A DNA stretch of 63,854 bases, the filler included, from Reclinomonas americana ATCC 50394 (taxonomy: Eukaryota), in the NCBI GenBank assembly GCA_048213135.1. It is 4 parts of one record of this genome, joined end to end, with 100 filler letters (N's around TTAATTAATTAA, not from the genome) between each part and the next. Parts side by side here need not be neighbours in the genome. Positions count along the whole stretch, not along the records: positions 1 to 14,877 come from PS015040.1; positions 14,978 to 41,861 come from PS015040.1; 2 more parts are not named here. One strand, given 5' to 3'. A program made the position numbers and the translations under genes. Position 1 is the stretch's first letter, and each line of letters opens with the position of its first letter. This document shows, piece after piece, positions 14,261 through 26,702 of this stretch. Below the pieces are notes generated by a model. That model did not search any database. It was given only the letters and a program-made list of their open reading frames with translations, and was not told the DNA's origin.

Positions 14261-14870
14261 TGTTCACACGTGTCGCCTCCAACAGCTGAAAGCAGTGCTT
14301 CTGGCACTGGAACTGTGGGGAGGATACGAGTATGTAATGTTGCCTCCATTGGAGATCGCAGGAGCGCAGCAGCCTCCAGCGCCACCACCACCACCACCAC
14401 CATTAGTGCCACCAGCACCTCCAGCTGAAGGAGCTGCAGCAGTGCAGGAGGTCGCGCATGCGCAGGGTGCTCTCGTGGCTCCGGAGTTGGCGGTCGATAA
14501 GTCGCGCATGTTGCTGTCGACGGGCGCGGTGGAGGCGTCTGTGGTGATGATTGTCTACAATGCACTGCTGGTGCTCTTGGTGTGGGATGCGCCGGTGATG
14601 ACGGCGCCGATTGCGTACTTTGGTTTGTGCGCTGTTCGATTCGATGACGGAGTTTGTTGCCCTCTCTCATCGGCGTCTGTTTGCTTGTGCAGTGGAGAAA
14701 GCTTGTGTGGGATGGATACGCCTGCGTGCGGCGCAGTTGCGCAAGGCCGATCCTGCGATGAATGCGGACCAGTCGCACGCGGCGGCGGTTCGCTCCGTCA
14801 TGCTGTTCAGCACAGTGTACACTCTGGTGTATTACCTGCTGGTGACCAGAGTGCCCCTGTTCAACAATAG
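14261..14870 (+). CDS. Two exons of a membrane protein, probably the upstream part of the 10136-13710 gene on an inverted contig
   Basis: Pro/Ala-rich loop, then RMLLSTGAVEASVVMIVYNALLVLLVWDAP. It ends at a phase-2 donor (ag|gtgcgt) that matches the phase-2 acceptor of the first minus-strand exon near 13710. Confidence 0.55.
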
Positions 14871-14921
14871 GTGCGTCNNNNNNNNNNNNNNNNNNNNNNN
14901 NNNNNNNNNNNNNNNNNNNNN

Positions 14922-14933
14922 TTAATTAATTAA
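14922..14933. other. Scaffold-joining linker TTAATTAATTAA within Ns (also at 41906-41917 and 49104-49115)
   Basis: Identical 12-mer with stops in all six frames, centred in 100-nt N blocks, three times. Genes are truncated at these joins. Confidence 0.95.
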
Positions 14934-15181
14934 NNNNNNNNNNNNNNNNNNNNNNNNNNNNNNNNNNNNNNNNNNNNGAGAGAGAGAGAGAGAGGCGCAC
15001 ACACGCACCCGCACGTACAATGAGAGGGGAGAGAGCGACAGACGCAGGGAGACACGCAGACAGACTCACCCAAGAAAACAGAATCCTGTCCCTCTCCCCT
15101 TCCCTTGCCCTCACCCTCTCTCCTTTCCCTCTCTGTCTCCGCACTCAACTGACTCACCACGTTGTTGTTGATGACACACAG

Positions 15182-15548
15182 AGCCGCCCGCAAGGCGGAG
15201 ATGGAGGAGCACTTGGAGTTGCTGGAGGCCAAGAGACGAGCGGAGCAGGCGGCGGAGAAGAGACTGACGGAGGTGTGGCAGGATCAGCTGCACGCCAGTG
15301 CCGAGGCCGAGGCGGAGTACCAGGCGGCCAAGCGCGACTTTTACAAGCAGATTTACGAGGAGAACTTGCGAGTTGCGTCTCCTTCTCACTCTCTCACTCT
15401 CGCACGCGCATTGCTTACTTTGTTTTTGTGCGCGACACAGCTCATGCAGTACAAGAAGGAGCTGGAGCGGGAGGAAAAGGAGAAGGATACGGAGGAGGAG
15501 CGCGCGCGGACCGAATTCGCCGCGCGTTTCCAGACCTCTCTCCGATAA
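15182..15548 (+). CDS. Coiled-coil protein, last two exons (possibly a flagellar microtubule-associated protein)
   Basis: E/K/R/A-rich helix joined by intron cga|gttgcgt...cacag|ctc and ending EFAARFQTSLR*. The function is a guess from composition and C-terminus. Confidence 0.6.
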
Positions 15549-15704
15549 GCCAGCCACTCCTCATTTCATTCACATTCAGTTGCACACTCCCTCCGCCGCT
15601 CCTTGCGCGGCTTTTGGAGAGCGATTCGCCGCATGTGTGTGTGTGTGTGTTTGTGTGTAAGTCACATTGTACCAAGTGTTTTTTCCACATTCGGCGAGCG
15701 TGCG

Positions 15705-17568
15705 TCACATGCAGGGCGAGGTGCCGTCGAAGGGGAAGTGACGCGAGCTGTGTGTTGCTGAGAGTGAGTGACGCGGCTCGTGTGGGGTGTGCGGATGGAT
15801 GAGGGGATGTACCTGCTGAGGAAGGCGGCCACGTTGGGTCGCTCGGCAATGCGCTGCATGTGCGCCTTCACCAGGGGGATCTGCAGAGAGATCTCACAGT
15901 GAGATTTTTCCGATCCTCGCTCTTGCTCTCGCTGTCACTATTCTTGCCCGTTAGTTCAGCTCAGGCCCTCCTCTCTATTCGTCTTTTCTCTGTCACGGAG
16001 AGAAAGAGAGAGATAGAAAGGGAAGCATGTGAGCAGGAGTCGAAAGGGATGACGGTGATAGCGAACGGAAAGAGGGGAGAGAAAGGCACATGATGGAAAG
16101 GAAAGATTCACGGGCACGAGCAAGGAACAAAAACGGGCTTTGTTCTTCCTTCGTTTGTTTTTTTCATTCTCTTGCTTGCCCTTCCCTACCCTCTCCTGCC
16201 CTGTCTCCCTTCGGTACGCTTCGGAACATGTCTGACGTTTCGTCGCATTCATTGCTGCTTCCCTTTCTCTCTCTGTCATCGCCATGTCAGTCCCCATTTG
16301 TCCTTTCCCCTCCCTCTCCGTTCCTCTCTTCAGTTCTGTCTCTCTTCACTGATTTTCACTGTCGGCCGTTTCGTCACCACGTTTCTCTGCTGCTTCCCTT
16401 TTTCTCATCTCTTCTCCTTTCCTCTCTGTCTTCGCTGCGTTTTCTTAACCGTCTGCCCTGTGTCTCCTCTTCTCTCCTGCTTCTTCCGTCCTTCTCTCCC
16501 CCACCCTCTTGCCCTCCCCCATCCTCTTGCCTGCTCCTTTTCCTTCCTCTTCCCCCCCTCCCCCCTCCCTCCCCTCCCTTCCCCTCCTCTCGCCCCTCCC
16601 GCAACATCCAACGCCTCCCACTCCTCAGGACACTGGAACGCGAGACCCGCCTCCAAGTGATACGCCACCAGGTCCACATACGACAGCTGATCACCGACAT
16701 AGTACTCGCCCTTGCCGCGCTTCAGCGCAGCCTCCAAAAAGTTGCAGCGACGCGGCATGAAGATCTCCTTGAAGAGGCCGATGCGATGGTCCTGCTCCGG
16801 TCCGCGGTTCTCCGCAAACGACCTGCACACATACACAGCGTCAGCACAAAGGTGATTGCACTCTGCACCACAGCAGGAGTCAACGAAGCTTGTTGGGATG
16901 CAGTGGATGCCAGCACTCGCAGCCGACATCGACCAGCTCCGCAATGCCTTGCACGAGGATCTCCGCATGCAGCTGCTGCTCCTCCGCTGTCCCCCCAAAA
17001 CAAGATCAACAGTAAGAGACATAATACACACCACCAGAACAACCACCATCAATCCGCGCAACTCGACGGCCACAAGACACCACCAGCCTGCGCAAGTTCT
17101 CAGCACTTATCTCGCATCTTTCTCTTTTCTTTCTCTCTCACACACACGCAACGAGGTGCTTCGCGAGGTACTTGGTGGAGATCGGGGTCTGTGAGAGCAC
17201 CAGCTCGCCATTGTGCACCACAAACGGAGGTGCATAGCCGATGCCCGTCGATCGTTGCTGTTGCATGAACTCAAACACCAGTCGCGCTCCATCGGCTTTC
17301 TGCGCAATGCACACTCACTGAGAGAATGCGTTTCTCTTTCTCTATAACAGTCGGCGTGTCTCAGAGGCACTCACAGGAACAGCGTTGGAGACGTCGGAGT
17401 AGGGCGTTCCGGTCTCCTCAAAGATGAGTCGGAGAAAGTCTCCGCGACCTGTGTTGTGTGGTTAGAGAGGCCGTTCTTTCTTGGTGAGCACTGTGCGTCA
17501 TCGTTACCAGGCATGCCCGGCCAGTAGTACAACACCCACTCAGCAGCAGCAGCAGCAGCAGATGCCAT
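15705..17568 (-). CDS. Glutathione S-transferase, tandem copy 1, 8 exons
   Basis: WVLYYWPGMPGRGDFLRLIFEETGTPY, YAPPFVVHNGELVLSQT, YYVGDQLSYVDL (N-cap motif), RIAERPNVAAFL. Confidence 0.9.
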
Positions 17569-17646
17569 TTCTCCGATGAACTCAACGATGTATGCGCTGG
17601 GACAACTCAACAGAAGAGGACGAATTGTTTCACTGTTCACGTATTC

Positions 17647-19447
17647 TCACATGCAGGGCGAGGTGCCGTCGAAGGGGAAGTGACGCGAGCTGTGTGTTGC
17701 TAGAGTAAGTGACACACGGGTGTGCGGATGGGTGAGGGGGTGTACCTGCTGAGGAAGGCGGCCACGTTGGGTCGCTCGGCAATGCGCTGCATGTGCGCCT
17801 TCACCAGGGGGATCTACAGAGATTTATAGTGAGATATTGCTGATCCGCTGCCACTATTCTTGCCCGTCTGTTCAGCTCAGTCCCTCCTCTCTATTCGTCT
17901 TTTCTCTGTCACGGAGAGAAAGAGAGAGATAGAAAGGGAAGCATGTGAGCAGGAGGCGAAAGGGATGACGGTGACAGCGAACGGAGAGAGGGGAGAGAAC
18001 GGCATGAGCAAGAAACAAAAACAGGCTTCGCTGTTCCTCTCACTCACTTGCTTGCGTTCCTCTCTCCTTCCCTGTCTCCCTTCGGTACGTTTTGTAACTG
18101 TCTGCCGTTTCGTCGCATTATTCACTGCTGCTTCCCTTTTTCTCCCTCTCTCTCTCTCATTGCTCAGTGTCTCCCCCTGCACTCCATTAGTCCTTTCCCT
18201 TCTCTTCAGCTCCCCTCCCTGTCTCTCTCCACTGATGTTCACTGTCGGCCGTTTCGTCACCACGTTTCTCTGCTGCTTCCCATCTCATTTCTTCTGCTTT
18301 TTCCTCTCTGTCTTCGCTGTGTTTTCTTAACCGTCTGCCCTTTGTCTTCTCTTCTCTCCTACTTATTTCGTCCTTCTCTCCCCCATCCTCTTGCCTGCTC
18401 CTTTTCCTTCCCCCTTTCCCGTCCCTCCTCCTCTCCCTCCCCCCTCCCTTCCCCCTCCCCCCTCCCTTCCCCTCCTTCTCCCCCCTCCCGCAACATCCAA
18501 CGCCTCCCACTCCTCGGGACACTGGAACGCGAGACCCGCCTCCAAGTGATACGCCACCAGGTCCACATACGACATCTGATCACCGACATAGTACTCGCCC
18601 TTGCCGCGCTTCAGCGCAGCCTCCATGAAATTGCAGCGACGCGGCATGAAGATCTCCTTGAAGAGGCCGATGCGATGATCCTGCTCCGGTCCACGGTTGT
18701 CCTCAAATGACCTGCTCACCGTGTCAAAAACAAAGAGTTGCACTGCACTCGGAAGTACGACGGGAGTCAACAAAGCATGAAGGGATGCAGTGGATGCCAG
18801 CACTCGCAGCCGACATCGACCAGCTCCGAAATGCCTTGCACGAGGATCTCCGCGTGCAGCTGCTGCTCCTCCGCTGCCCTCCACAAGGTGCGATAATGAG
18901 AGACACCCCACATACCACCAGAACAGCCACCATTAATCCGCGCAACTCGACGGCCACAAAACACCACCAGCCTGCGCAAGAAGATCAGAACTTATCTCGC
19001 ATCTTTCTCCCTTGTCCCTCTCTTCTCACGCAACGAGGTGCTTGGCGAGGTACTTGGTGGAGACCGGGATCTGTGAGAGCACCAGCTCGCCATTGAGCAC
19101 CACAAACGGAGGTGCATAGCCGATTCCCGCCGATCGTTTTTGTTGCATGAACTCAAACACAAGTTGAAATCCGTCGGCTTTCTGCGCAACGTACAGACAC
19201 TCAGAGAATGCGTTTCTCTTTCTCTATAACAGTCGGCGTGTCTCAGAGGCACTCACAGGAACCGTGCTGGAGAAGTCGGAGTAGGGCGTTCCGGTCTCCT
19301 CAAAGATGAGTCGGAGAAATTCTCCGCGACCTGCGTGTGCAGTCAGAGAGGCCGTTCTTTCTTGTGAGCATTGTGCGTCCGCGTACCAGGCGTGCCAGGC
19401 CAGTAGTACAACACCCACTCAGCAGCAGCAGCAGCAGACGATGCCAT
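17647..19447 (-). CDS. Glutathione S-transferase, tandem copy 2, 8 exons
   Basis: WVLYYWPGTPGRGEFLRLIFEETGTPY, with the same exon structure as copy 1 and readily alignable introns. Confidence 0.9.
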
Positions 19448-19559
19448 TTCTCTGAATCCGTAAACGAAATGTGTGCTGGGACAACTCAACAGAAGAGGAC
19501 GATTCGTCGTTTCACTGTTTTCTCGCTCTTCTCGTTTGCTGGACGCTGGCTCTGTGCGG

Positions 19560-22500
19560 TTACTGAGTGTCGGCCCACTTGCAGCCGTATCTGTGACGGC
19601 AACGTGTGGTGAGGACGGGTGGAGACGTTTGGATTCTAGAATGTGTGAACGCAACTTGGCAGCCAGGTACTCGGCCTCGACTGGACCGCGGCTTCCTGCA
19701 TACAGCGTGTAAGTTACCATTCCCCAGGCACAGACAGCTACGGCACGCACCGAACGGATAGAACTCGGGCACAATCGGCGTGTGCTCAATCTGTTGCAGG
19801 ATCGGCGTGAACAGCTCCCAGGCGACCTGCGCACACGACGTGTGAGCACAGATTGTGTGAAATGCTTCCCTCTCTCTCTCTCCCCGCCACGCAACATCCA
19901 ACTCATCCTCGCGGATAAAGTTGGTCTGGTTCGACACCAGCACGTCGTGCAGCAGGCGCTCGTAGGCGTCGGGGATGCGCGACTGGAAGCGCGACTTGTA
20001 GTTCATGTCCAGCTGCGTCTCCTTGAGCTTGTAGTTGATGCCCGGCGACTTGCTCAGCGTCTTCATGAGGATGGCCTCGTCGGGTTGCACACGAATCACT
20101 GCAAGCGGGAATAAGCGACGCAAACAAGGATGTCTTTCTCTCTCTCTCTCTCTCTTTCTCTCTCGCGTGCAATGACAAACCAAGCTCGTTGGCAAACGTC
20201 TCGTGGCCGGCAAACAGTCCACCGGGGACCGGGCTGAACTGCACGTGGATCTCGAACAGCTTCTCATCGAGAGCCTTGCCGCACTTGAGCAGGAACGGCA
20301 CGCCATCCCTGCAGCCAGCGGTGAGATTCTCTTACACAAGGAGAAGGAAAGCGAAGAGGAAGAGGGAAGAGAGAAGAGGGCAGAAAGAGCAATGGAAAAA
20401 GAAAGCAGAAGGTTAAAGGGAGAAACCAGGCAGGGGGCAGAAGGGGAAGGAAGAATCATCACAGAGTGGAGGAAAGGCGAGAAGAACAAAGGAACAAGAA
20501 ACAGAATGGCGATTCCTCAGACAGTCACTAACCAGCGACGGTTCTTGATGTGCAGCACGCAGGCGGCAAAGGTCGGCGTGTTCGACTCTGGTGACGTGGT
20601 CGGATCGTCGCGGTAGCCCGGGTTCTCGACGCCAGCTGCAGGCGCAACAGCCAGTCAACGAAAAGGACAGAGAAGATCGAAAAAGGTGGCGGAGTGTACC
20701 AATCGTCTTCTTCTTGTACTGCCCGACAATCATGTCGGCCTTGGTGACGGGCGAGATGCATCGCAGCACCTTCAGCTTCTCGTTGCGCACTTCGTCGGCA
20801 TCGATGCTGACCGGCGGCTCCATGGCAATCAGGCACAGCACTTGCATCAAGTGGTTTTGCTGCATCAGTGTGAGACGAATATCCAAGAGGATGGCACACG
20901 CAGACTGGTGGCAGGACGTACCATGACATCGCGAATGATGCCGTAGGCGTCAAAGTAGCCGCCACGGCCCTCCACGCCAATGTCCTCCTTGAGGATGATT
21001 TGCACGCAGCGGATGAAGCCGCGGTTCCACAGCGGATCAAAGATCAGGTTGCCGAAGCGGAGAACCAGCAGGTTCTGCACGACTTCCTTGCCCAGGTAGT
21101 GATCCATGCTGTGCATGCAGGTGGTGTGAGGACAGGTGCGACAGATTCTGAGGGTCTTTCATCTGCAAATAGTCATTCGTCTCGTTATTTGCGCGCTCGA
21201 CCTTCCTTCCTCTCTCACCTCTCACCGCGATGAAAAACACATGAGTCTCGTCCACCGTCTCATTGGTCATGCGCATTCTTCCAACCTGCCTGTCTTTCGA
21301 TCTCTCCCCTCTTTCTGCTGTTGACGAACACTGGCGTCTTGCACACCGTCACGTTGGTCACGCGTGACCGTCATGCAAACGACACGCCTCTCTTCCATTC
21401 CATCTGTCTTTCGATCTCTCTCTCTTGCATGGCAAACACACGCGTCTCGCATAACGCCTCGCAAATGTGATGCACAAGCCCAGCTTCGATTCCTCTCTCT
21501 CTCTCTCTCTCTCTCGANNNNNNNNNNNNNNNNNNNNNNNNNNNNNNNNNNNNNNNNNNNNNNNNNNNNNNNNNNNNNNNNNNNNNNNNNNNNNNNNNNN
21601 NNNNNNNNNNNNNNNNNNNNNNNNNNNNNNNNNNNNNNNNNNNNNNNNNNNNNNNNNNNNNNNNNNNNNNNNNNNNNNNNNNNNNNNNNNNNNNNNNNNN
21701 NNNNNNNNNNNNNNNNNNNNNNNNNNNNNNNNNNNNNNNNNNNNNNNNNNNNNNNNNNNNNNNNNNNNNNNNNNNNNNNNNNNNNNNNNNNNNNNNNNNN
21801 NNNNNNNNNNNNNNNNNNNNNNNNNNNNNNNNNNNNNNNNNNNNNNNNNNNNNNNNNNNNNNNNNNNNNNNNNNNNNNNNNNNNNNNNNNNNNNNNNNNN
21901 NNNNNNNNNNNNNNNNNNNNNNNNNNNNNNNNNNNNNNNNNNNNNNNNNNNNNNNNNNNNNNNNNNNNNNNNNNNNNNNNNNNNNNNNNNNNNNNNNNNN
22001 NCCTTTCCCTCCCCATCTCCCTCCCCCTTTCCCTTTCCTTGCCCCTCCCTTCCCTATGCTACCCCCTTCCCCTTCCCCTCGTTCCTCCCCCTTCTCACCG
22101 GTAAATCTCCGACTCATGGAAGCTGGCCGACAGGCAGCGCGCCAGCTCGCGGCTGCTGTCCGTGTCGCGACCGAGCGGCTTCTCCACCACAATGCGGTTC
22201 CAGCCAGTGGGCGAGCGCAGGATGGCGCCAGTCAGCTGCACACACAAACACACACACGCGCCAACAAACAAAGAAATCAACATGCTGCGAATTGGTCGCT
22301 CAGAGCCACCAGTACCGCACCGTCGACACAATCTCAAACACATTGGGCGGCAAGCTGAGGTAGAACACGCGGTTGGCCGGTGCCGCTCCCTCCTCCTGAT
22401 CCGACAGGAACTGCGCCAGCGACTCAAAGTCCTCCGACTGCACTCCCAACAAAACAAACAAACAGACAATTATTCCGCAGTTTGTGCAATACCGAACACC

Positions 22501-23409
22501 AATCATCATCTCATCAGCTGACCTTGTCGTACTGGCCCGCAAAGTACGTGCAGTGCTCCAGGAAGCGTCCGAGCGCGGCCTTCTCCTCATCGGTGTTCGC
22601 CGGGATCTTGGTGCGCATCATCTCGCGGAACTCGTCGTTGGACATGCCTGCGCGCGCGACCATGTCAGCCCCACACATACACGCAAACACGCAAGCCCTC
22701 GCGCCAAGCAAGCACCTGTACGCGCATAGCCGACCACAGAGAACTGCGTAGCCAGGAACTTTTCACGGAACAGCAGGAAAAGCGCCGGATAAATCTTGCG
22801 CTTGGCCAACTAAATCCACGACATTATCAGCAACTAATACCTCGTCACGCACAACAACAGGAAGGGAATCATCGACGTAACATCGCCCGAGGCACCAAAC
22901 ACGACAATAGTGTGGAACTCGCCAGGCGCGAGTGACTCCGAAGAGCGCGACTCTGCTCACAAAATGAGCTCATACACACACACACACACACTAAACACAC
23001 ACGCGCACAAGCACACACACTTTTGCACACACACTTCACAAACACTTTCACACACTTTTTGCACACACTTTCACACTTTTGCACACACAGACAAGACGCA
23101 CCACGGCCCTTGAGGCACGGAGACGAGGAACCAGCAGCAGACGACATTGCACTGTGTGCGCGTGTGTTAGTAAGAGAGAGTGAGCAGTGTGTGCTTGTCG
23201 ACCAAAGTGTTATGTGTGACTTTTTACCGAGGGACAACCGCGGCGGTTCGAGCTAGTGAGCGCGGGAGAGGGATTCCAGAGGAGGCGGCGGCGGAGGCTG
23301 TTGCGGGAGCGCCGACGGCGACGACAAAGGGGTCGGTGGCAAAGGGCGAGACGGGCGCTTGGTCGGCGTACGGAGAGAGGAGACCACTGGGTGGACGCGG
23401 CAAAGACAT
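19560..23409 (-). CDS. G6PD: Glucose-6-phosphate 1-dehydrogenase, about 15 exons
   Basis: [105 protein letters not shown]. An alternative start at 23147 is possible. Confidence 0.97.
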
Positions 23410-23997
23410 GCACACGTGGGTGCGTGTGGTGGGGGAGAGCGGTGGAGTGGAGAGCGGGGTGGAGAGAGTGTGTTCTCTCACGCACGTGCGCAGGTTTGTG
23501 TTGGGGAGGGAGCCCGAGAGAAGCGGCTTTCGCGGGCATTTTTTCCGAGCGCCGTAGTCGCGATGGTTTACAGAAGCGTCACAGTTTTGTTATCAACAGC
23601 AACACAGCTTTCGTGATCCAAACAGTTGTACGACTGCATGATTATCACCGTCTTGAGTGAGCACCGGAAGCGGAGCATCGCGGCAATTGAACCATTCACC
23701 AATTGCAGCCGGAGACTTTTGAGGATTGCACGGCGTTGTTGAGCAGCGTATTCAATCGCGGACCGCCATCACTCACTTTGATTATAGCAAGCGCGGTGAA
23801 CAAGATTGGTGTCTGTGTTGATGTTTTGGATGCTGTTGAAGTTGGTCATCAAGACAGCTGTTGCTTGTTTTGGTGAATGAATTTGTTGTTGTTGCTCTAT
23901 CATGGCCACTACCTCCACCTTTCCCCCTCGCTTACGACGCATTATTGACTGCCATTTATCACCATCATTCTTGGCCCACCTTCTCCGTCTCGTTCTT

Positions 23998-26640
23998 CTA
24001 ATCATCGGCATCGTCCATGGCCTCCACAGCAGCGCGGCTGCGACTGCGCGTTTGTCGAACTGGAGTGGCGGCGGCGGTCTTCGGGGTGGGGGGCGCGGCT
24101 TGCTTGCCGTTTCTCCTTGCCGAGTACCGTGTTGGTGGTGGTGGTGGCGGCGGGGGCGCAGCTGCGCTCACCGTCATCTCCACGTCCTCCTCATCCTCCT
24201 CTCCCTCACCGTCCTCCTCGTCATCATCGTCCTCATCGTCGTCATCATCGTCGTCATCATCGTCATCGTCGTCGTCGTCAGAGTCATCACCCTCGACGAG
24301 TCCGAGCTCCAGCGAGTCATTGAATGCCTCCTCCTCCAGCTCAGATCCGTCGGCCAACTCTGCGTCCTCGGCGCGGCGCTTGGTACCGGGTGAAATCATG
24401 GGCGCGTCCTCCAGCTGCGCGTGATCCAGCGTGCCGGCCGGGCCACTCTCCAGTGTGACGTACTGGCTGGCGGCGAGAGCCGACAGTGACGGCAGCGAGG
24501 CGAGCACGTTGCGCGTCAGTGCATCAATGTCGAACTCGGGTGCGAGGTCTGACACAATGGCGGCCGACGATGCGCTGCCGTCTTCGGCGTGTCTCGACAT
24601 GGCCGCCGCCGCAGCCGCCTCGTCCGTGAGGGCGACATTGGCCGAGGCCGAGGCCGTGGACGACGCAGCAGACGACAAGTTGGGCGGCAGCGTGAAGAAC
24701 GGAATCTTGCCCGAGTTCCAATCCTGCAGCACCAAGCGTCCACCGGCTTGCACGTCCGGCACACCGCCCTACACAACAGCAGCACGACACGTGAGTAATA
24801 TCGTTGTGCACACTTCCTCTCCTTTGCACACACCTTCTTTAACTTGCCACGCTTCCTGGCCACCGCGGCGAGGAACTCCTCGGCCTCACTAAACGCGGGG
24901 ATCTCGTACAGCGCCGTCAAGCGTCCCCAGTTGCATCGTCGCAACAGTGCCTGCACCGGACCCACCGTGTCCTCCAGCGTGTCGATGCGCACGCAGTTCC
25001 GCAGCACCACATCGGCATCCTGGTCACCCGACGAGAACACGATACCGGGGCAATCCATCAGCATAATGTGCGAGTCGAGCTGCACGTCCTGCGCGGCCTT
25101 GGTCACACCCGGCTGGTTGCCGACCGATGCCACACGGCTGCGCTTCAGCGAGTTGATCACACTGCTCTTGCCGACATTGGGGTAGCCAATCACGCCAATG
25201 GTGATCTTTCTCCTGTGACCCGTCTCCGTGCTCGAGTATTTCTGCACAGGTGGTGAGCACGGGGCAAGCGAACTGCTTCCCACTCCACCCTCACACACAC
25301 ACACACACCTTCAGCAACGCCATCAGTGCGTCGGCTCCGAGGCACTGGCTCGAGGCCAAATGATCCGCCTCGGCGTCGGTGGCCGACTTGCCAGTCGCGC
25401 GCGACAAATGTGTGCGCTGCGACTGCGTGTTGGCCTTGAAGGCCAGCGTCGGGAAATCCTGCTTCAGGTACTCGAGCCAGCATTGTACGACCTCGCGCGG
25501 CACCATATCGACCTTGTTCAACAGCAACACAATCTGCTTCGACGACTCCTTGGCCAGAATCGCCGCCTATGTGACACACACACACGCACACAAAAGCAGT
25601 GAGCGATCAACGGCGATGCAGGAAGAAGGAGAAGAACAAGGACAAGAAGAACAGGAAGAAGAAGAAGAAGAAGAAGACGAAGAAGAAGAAGAAGAAGAAG
25701 AAGAAGAAGAAGAAGAAGAAGAAGAAGAAGAAGAAAATAAGAACGAGAACAAGAACGACAAGAAGAAGAAGAAGAAGAAGAAGAAGAACAAGAACACGAA
25801 CACGAACAACAAGAAGAAGAAGGCAAACGAAAAGATGAAGAAGTAGAAGTGTTGCTATGTCCTCCTCCTCCTCAATACCTCCAGATCCGGACACCGGCAA
25901 CCAATTGGATCGCGTGCGTCCAGCACCTCAATGATCACGTCCGACGCCTCAATCACACGCTTCAACTCGCGGAAGTACGCGCGTCGTGAGGCCGCCGAGC
26001 CCGACACCAGCTCGTGTGCCGAGGCGGCGTTGGACGAGGCCGCGTGCGACATGTTGCGCTCCAGACGTTGTCGCGACTCGAAATCCTTGCTCCGCTGCTG
26101 CGCGTCCAATTGCAATTTGGCTGCCTGGGCAATCTGCGCATCCCCCAAACAAAATGCCGCAGTGAGGTCGATGACAAAGCCATGTTGCGACAGGGAGAGA
26201 ATGAGTGACCTTGGAGTTCTTCTGCTGTCGGGCACGCTCGCGCTCGCGATCGCGTTCCAGTTGGTCCTTCTGCTCAGCCATTTGACGCAGCATCTGCTCC
26301 TTGTAGGGCCACAGATTGGGAATACCCGGGTCCTTCTTCAGGCCTGTGCAAGTTTGTGTGAGTGGCCATGTGCACATTCACATCAACACACACACCAGCC
26401 ACCAACTTTGTGGCAGACGCAACGTTTTCGTGCATGTGGGTTGTTCTTGGCCTCCTTGCGGGCCTTGCGATCGTGCGCACGCACGTTCTTCTCAATGCGG
26501 TGCTTGCGCGCCGAGGGAATGCGCTTGCTTTGTCGCTCTGTGAGAAGTGAGTGAGTGAGTGAGATGAGGCAGAGTGGCACACACACACACGCACACAGGC
26601 ATGGAAGGGGGAGAAGGGAGACGCAACTCTTGCGGACCAT
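23998..26640 (-). CDS. GNL3: Nucleolar circularly permuted GTPase, GNL3/nucleostemin/Nug1 family, 7 exons
   Basis: [76 protein letters not shown], and an acidic C-terminal tract. Confidence 0.93.
25621..25845 (+). repeat. (GAA)n-type trinucleotide microsatellite inside a GNL3 intron
   Basis: Imperfect gaagaagaa run, read directly. Confidence 0.9.
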
Positions 26641-26702
26641 GGTGATGTGAGCTGAGTGATGCAATGAGTCACACTGCATTAACCGCTGGATTGTCACTCA
26701 CC

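Noticed and set aside
14922-14933. TTAATTAATTAA palindromic motif occurring three times
   Set aside because: Always embedded in Ns. It is an artificial six-frame-stop scaffold linker, not a biological site.
19827-19895. Intron start translates VAW, the same as the next exon, suggesting intron gain by duplication
   Set aside because: GTTGCG encodes VA by default and other introns show no such echo, so likely coincidence.
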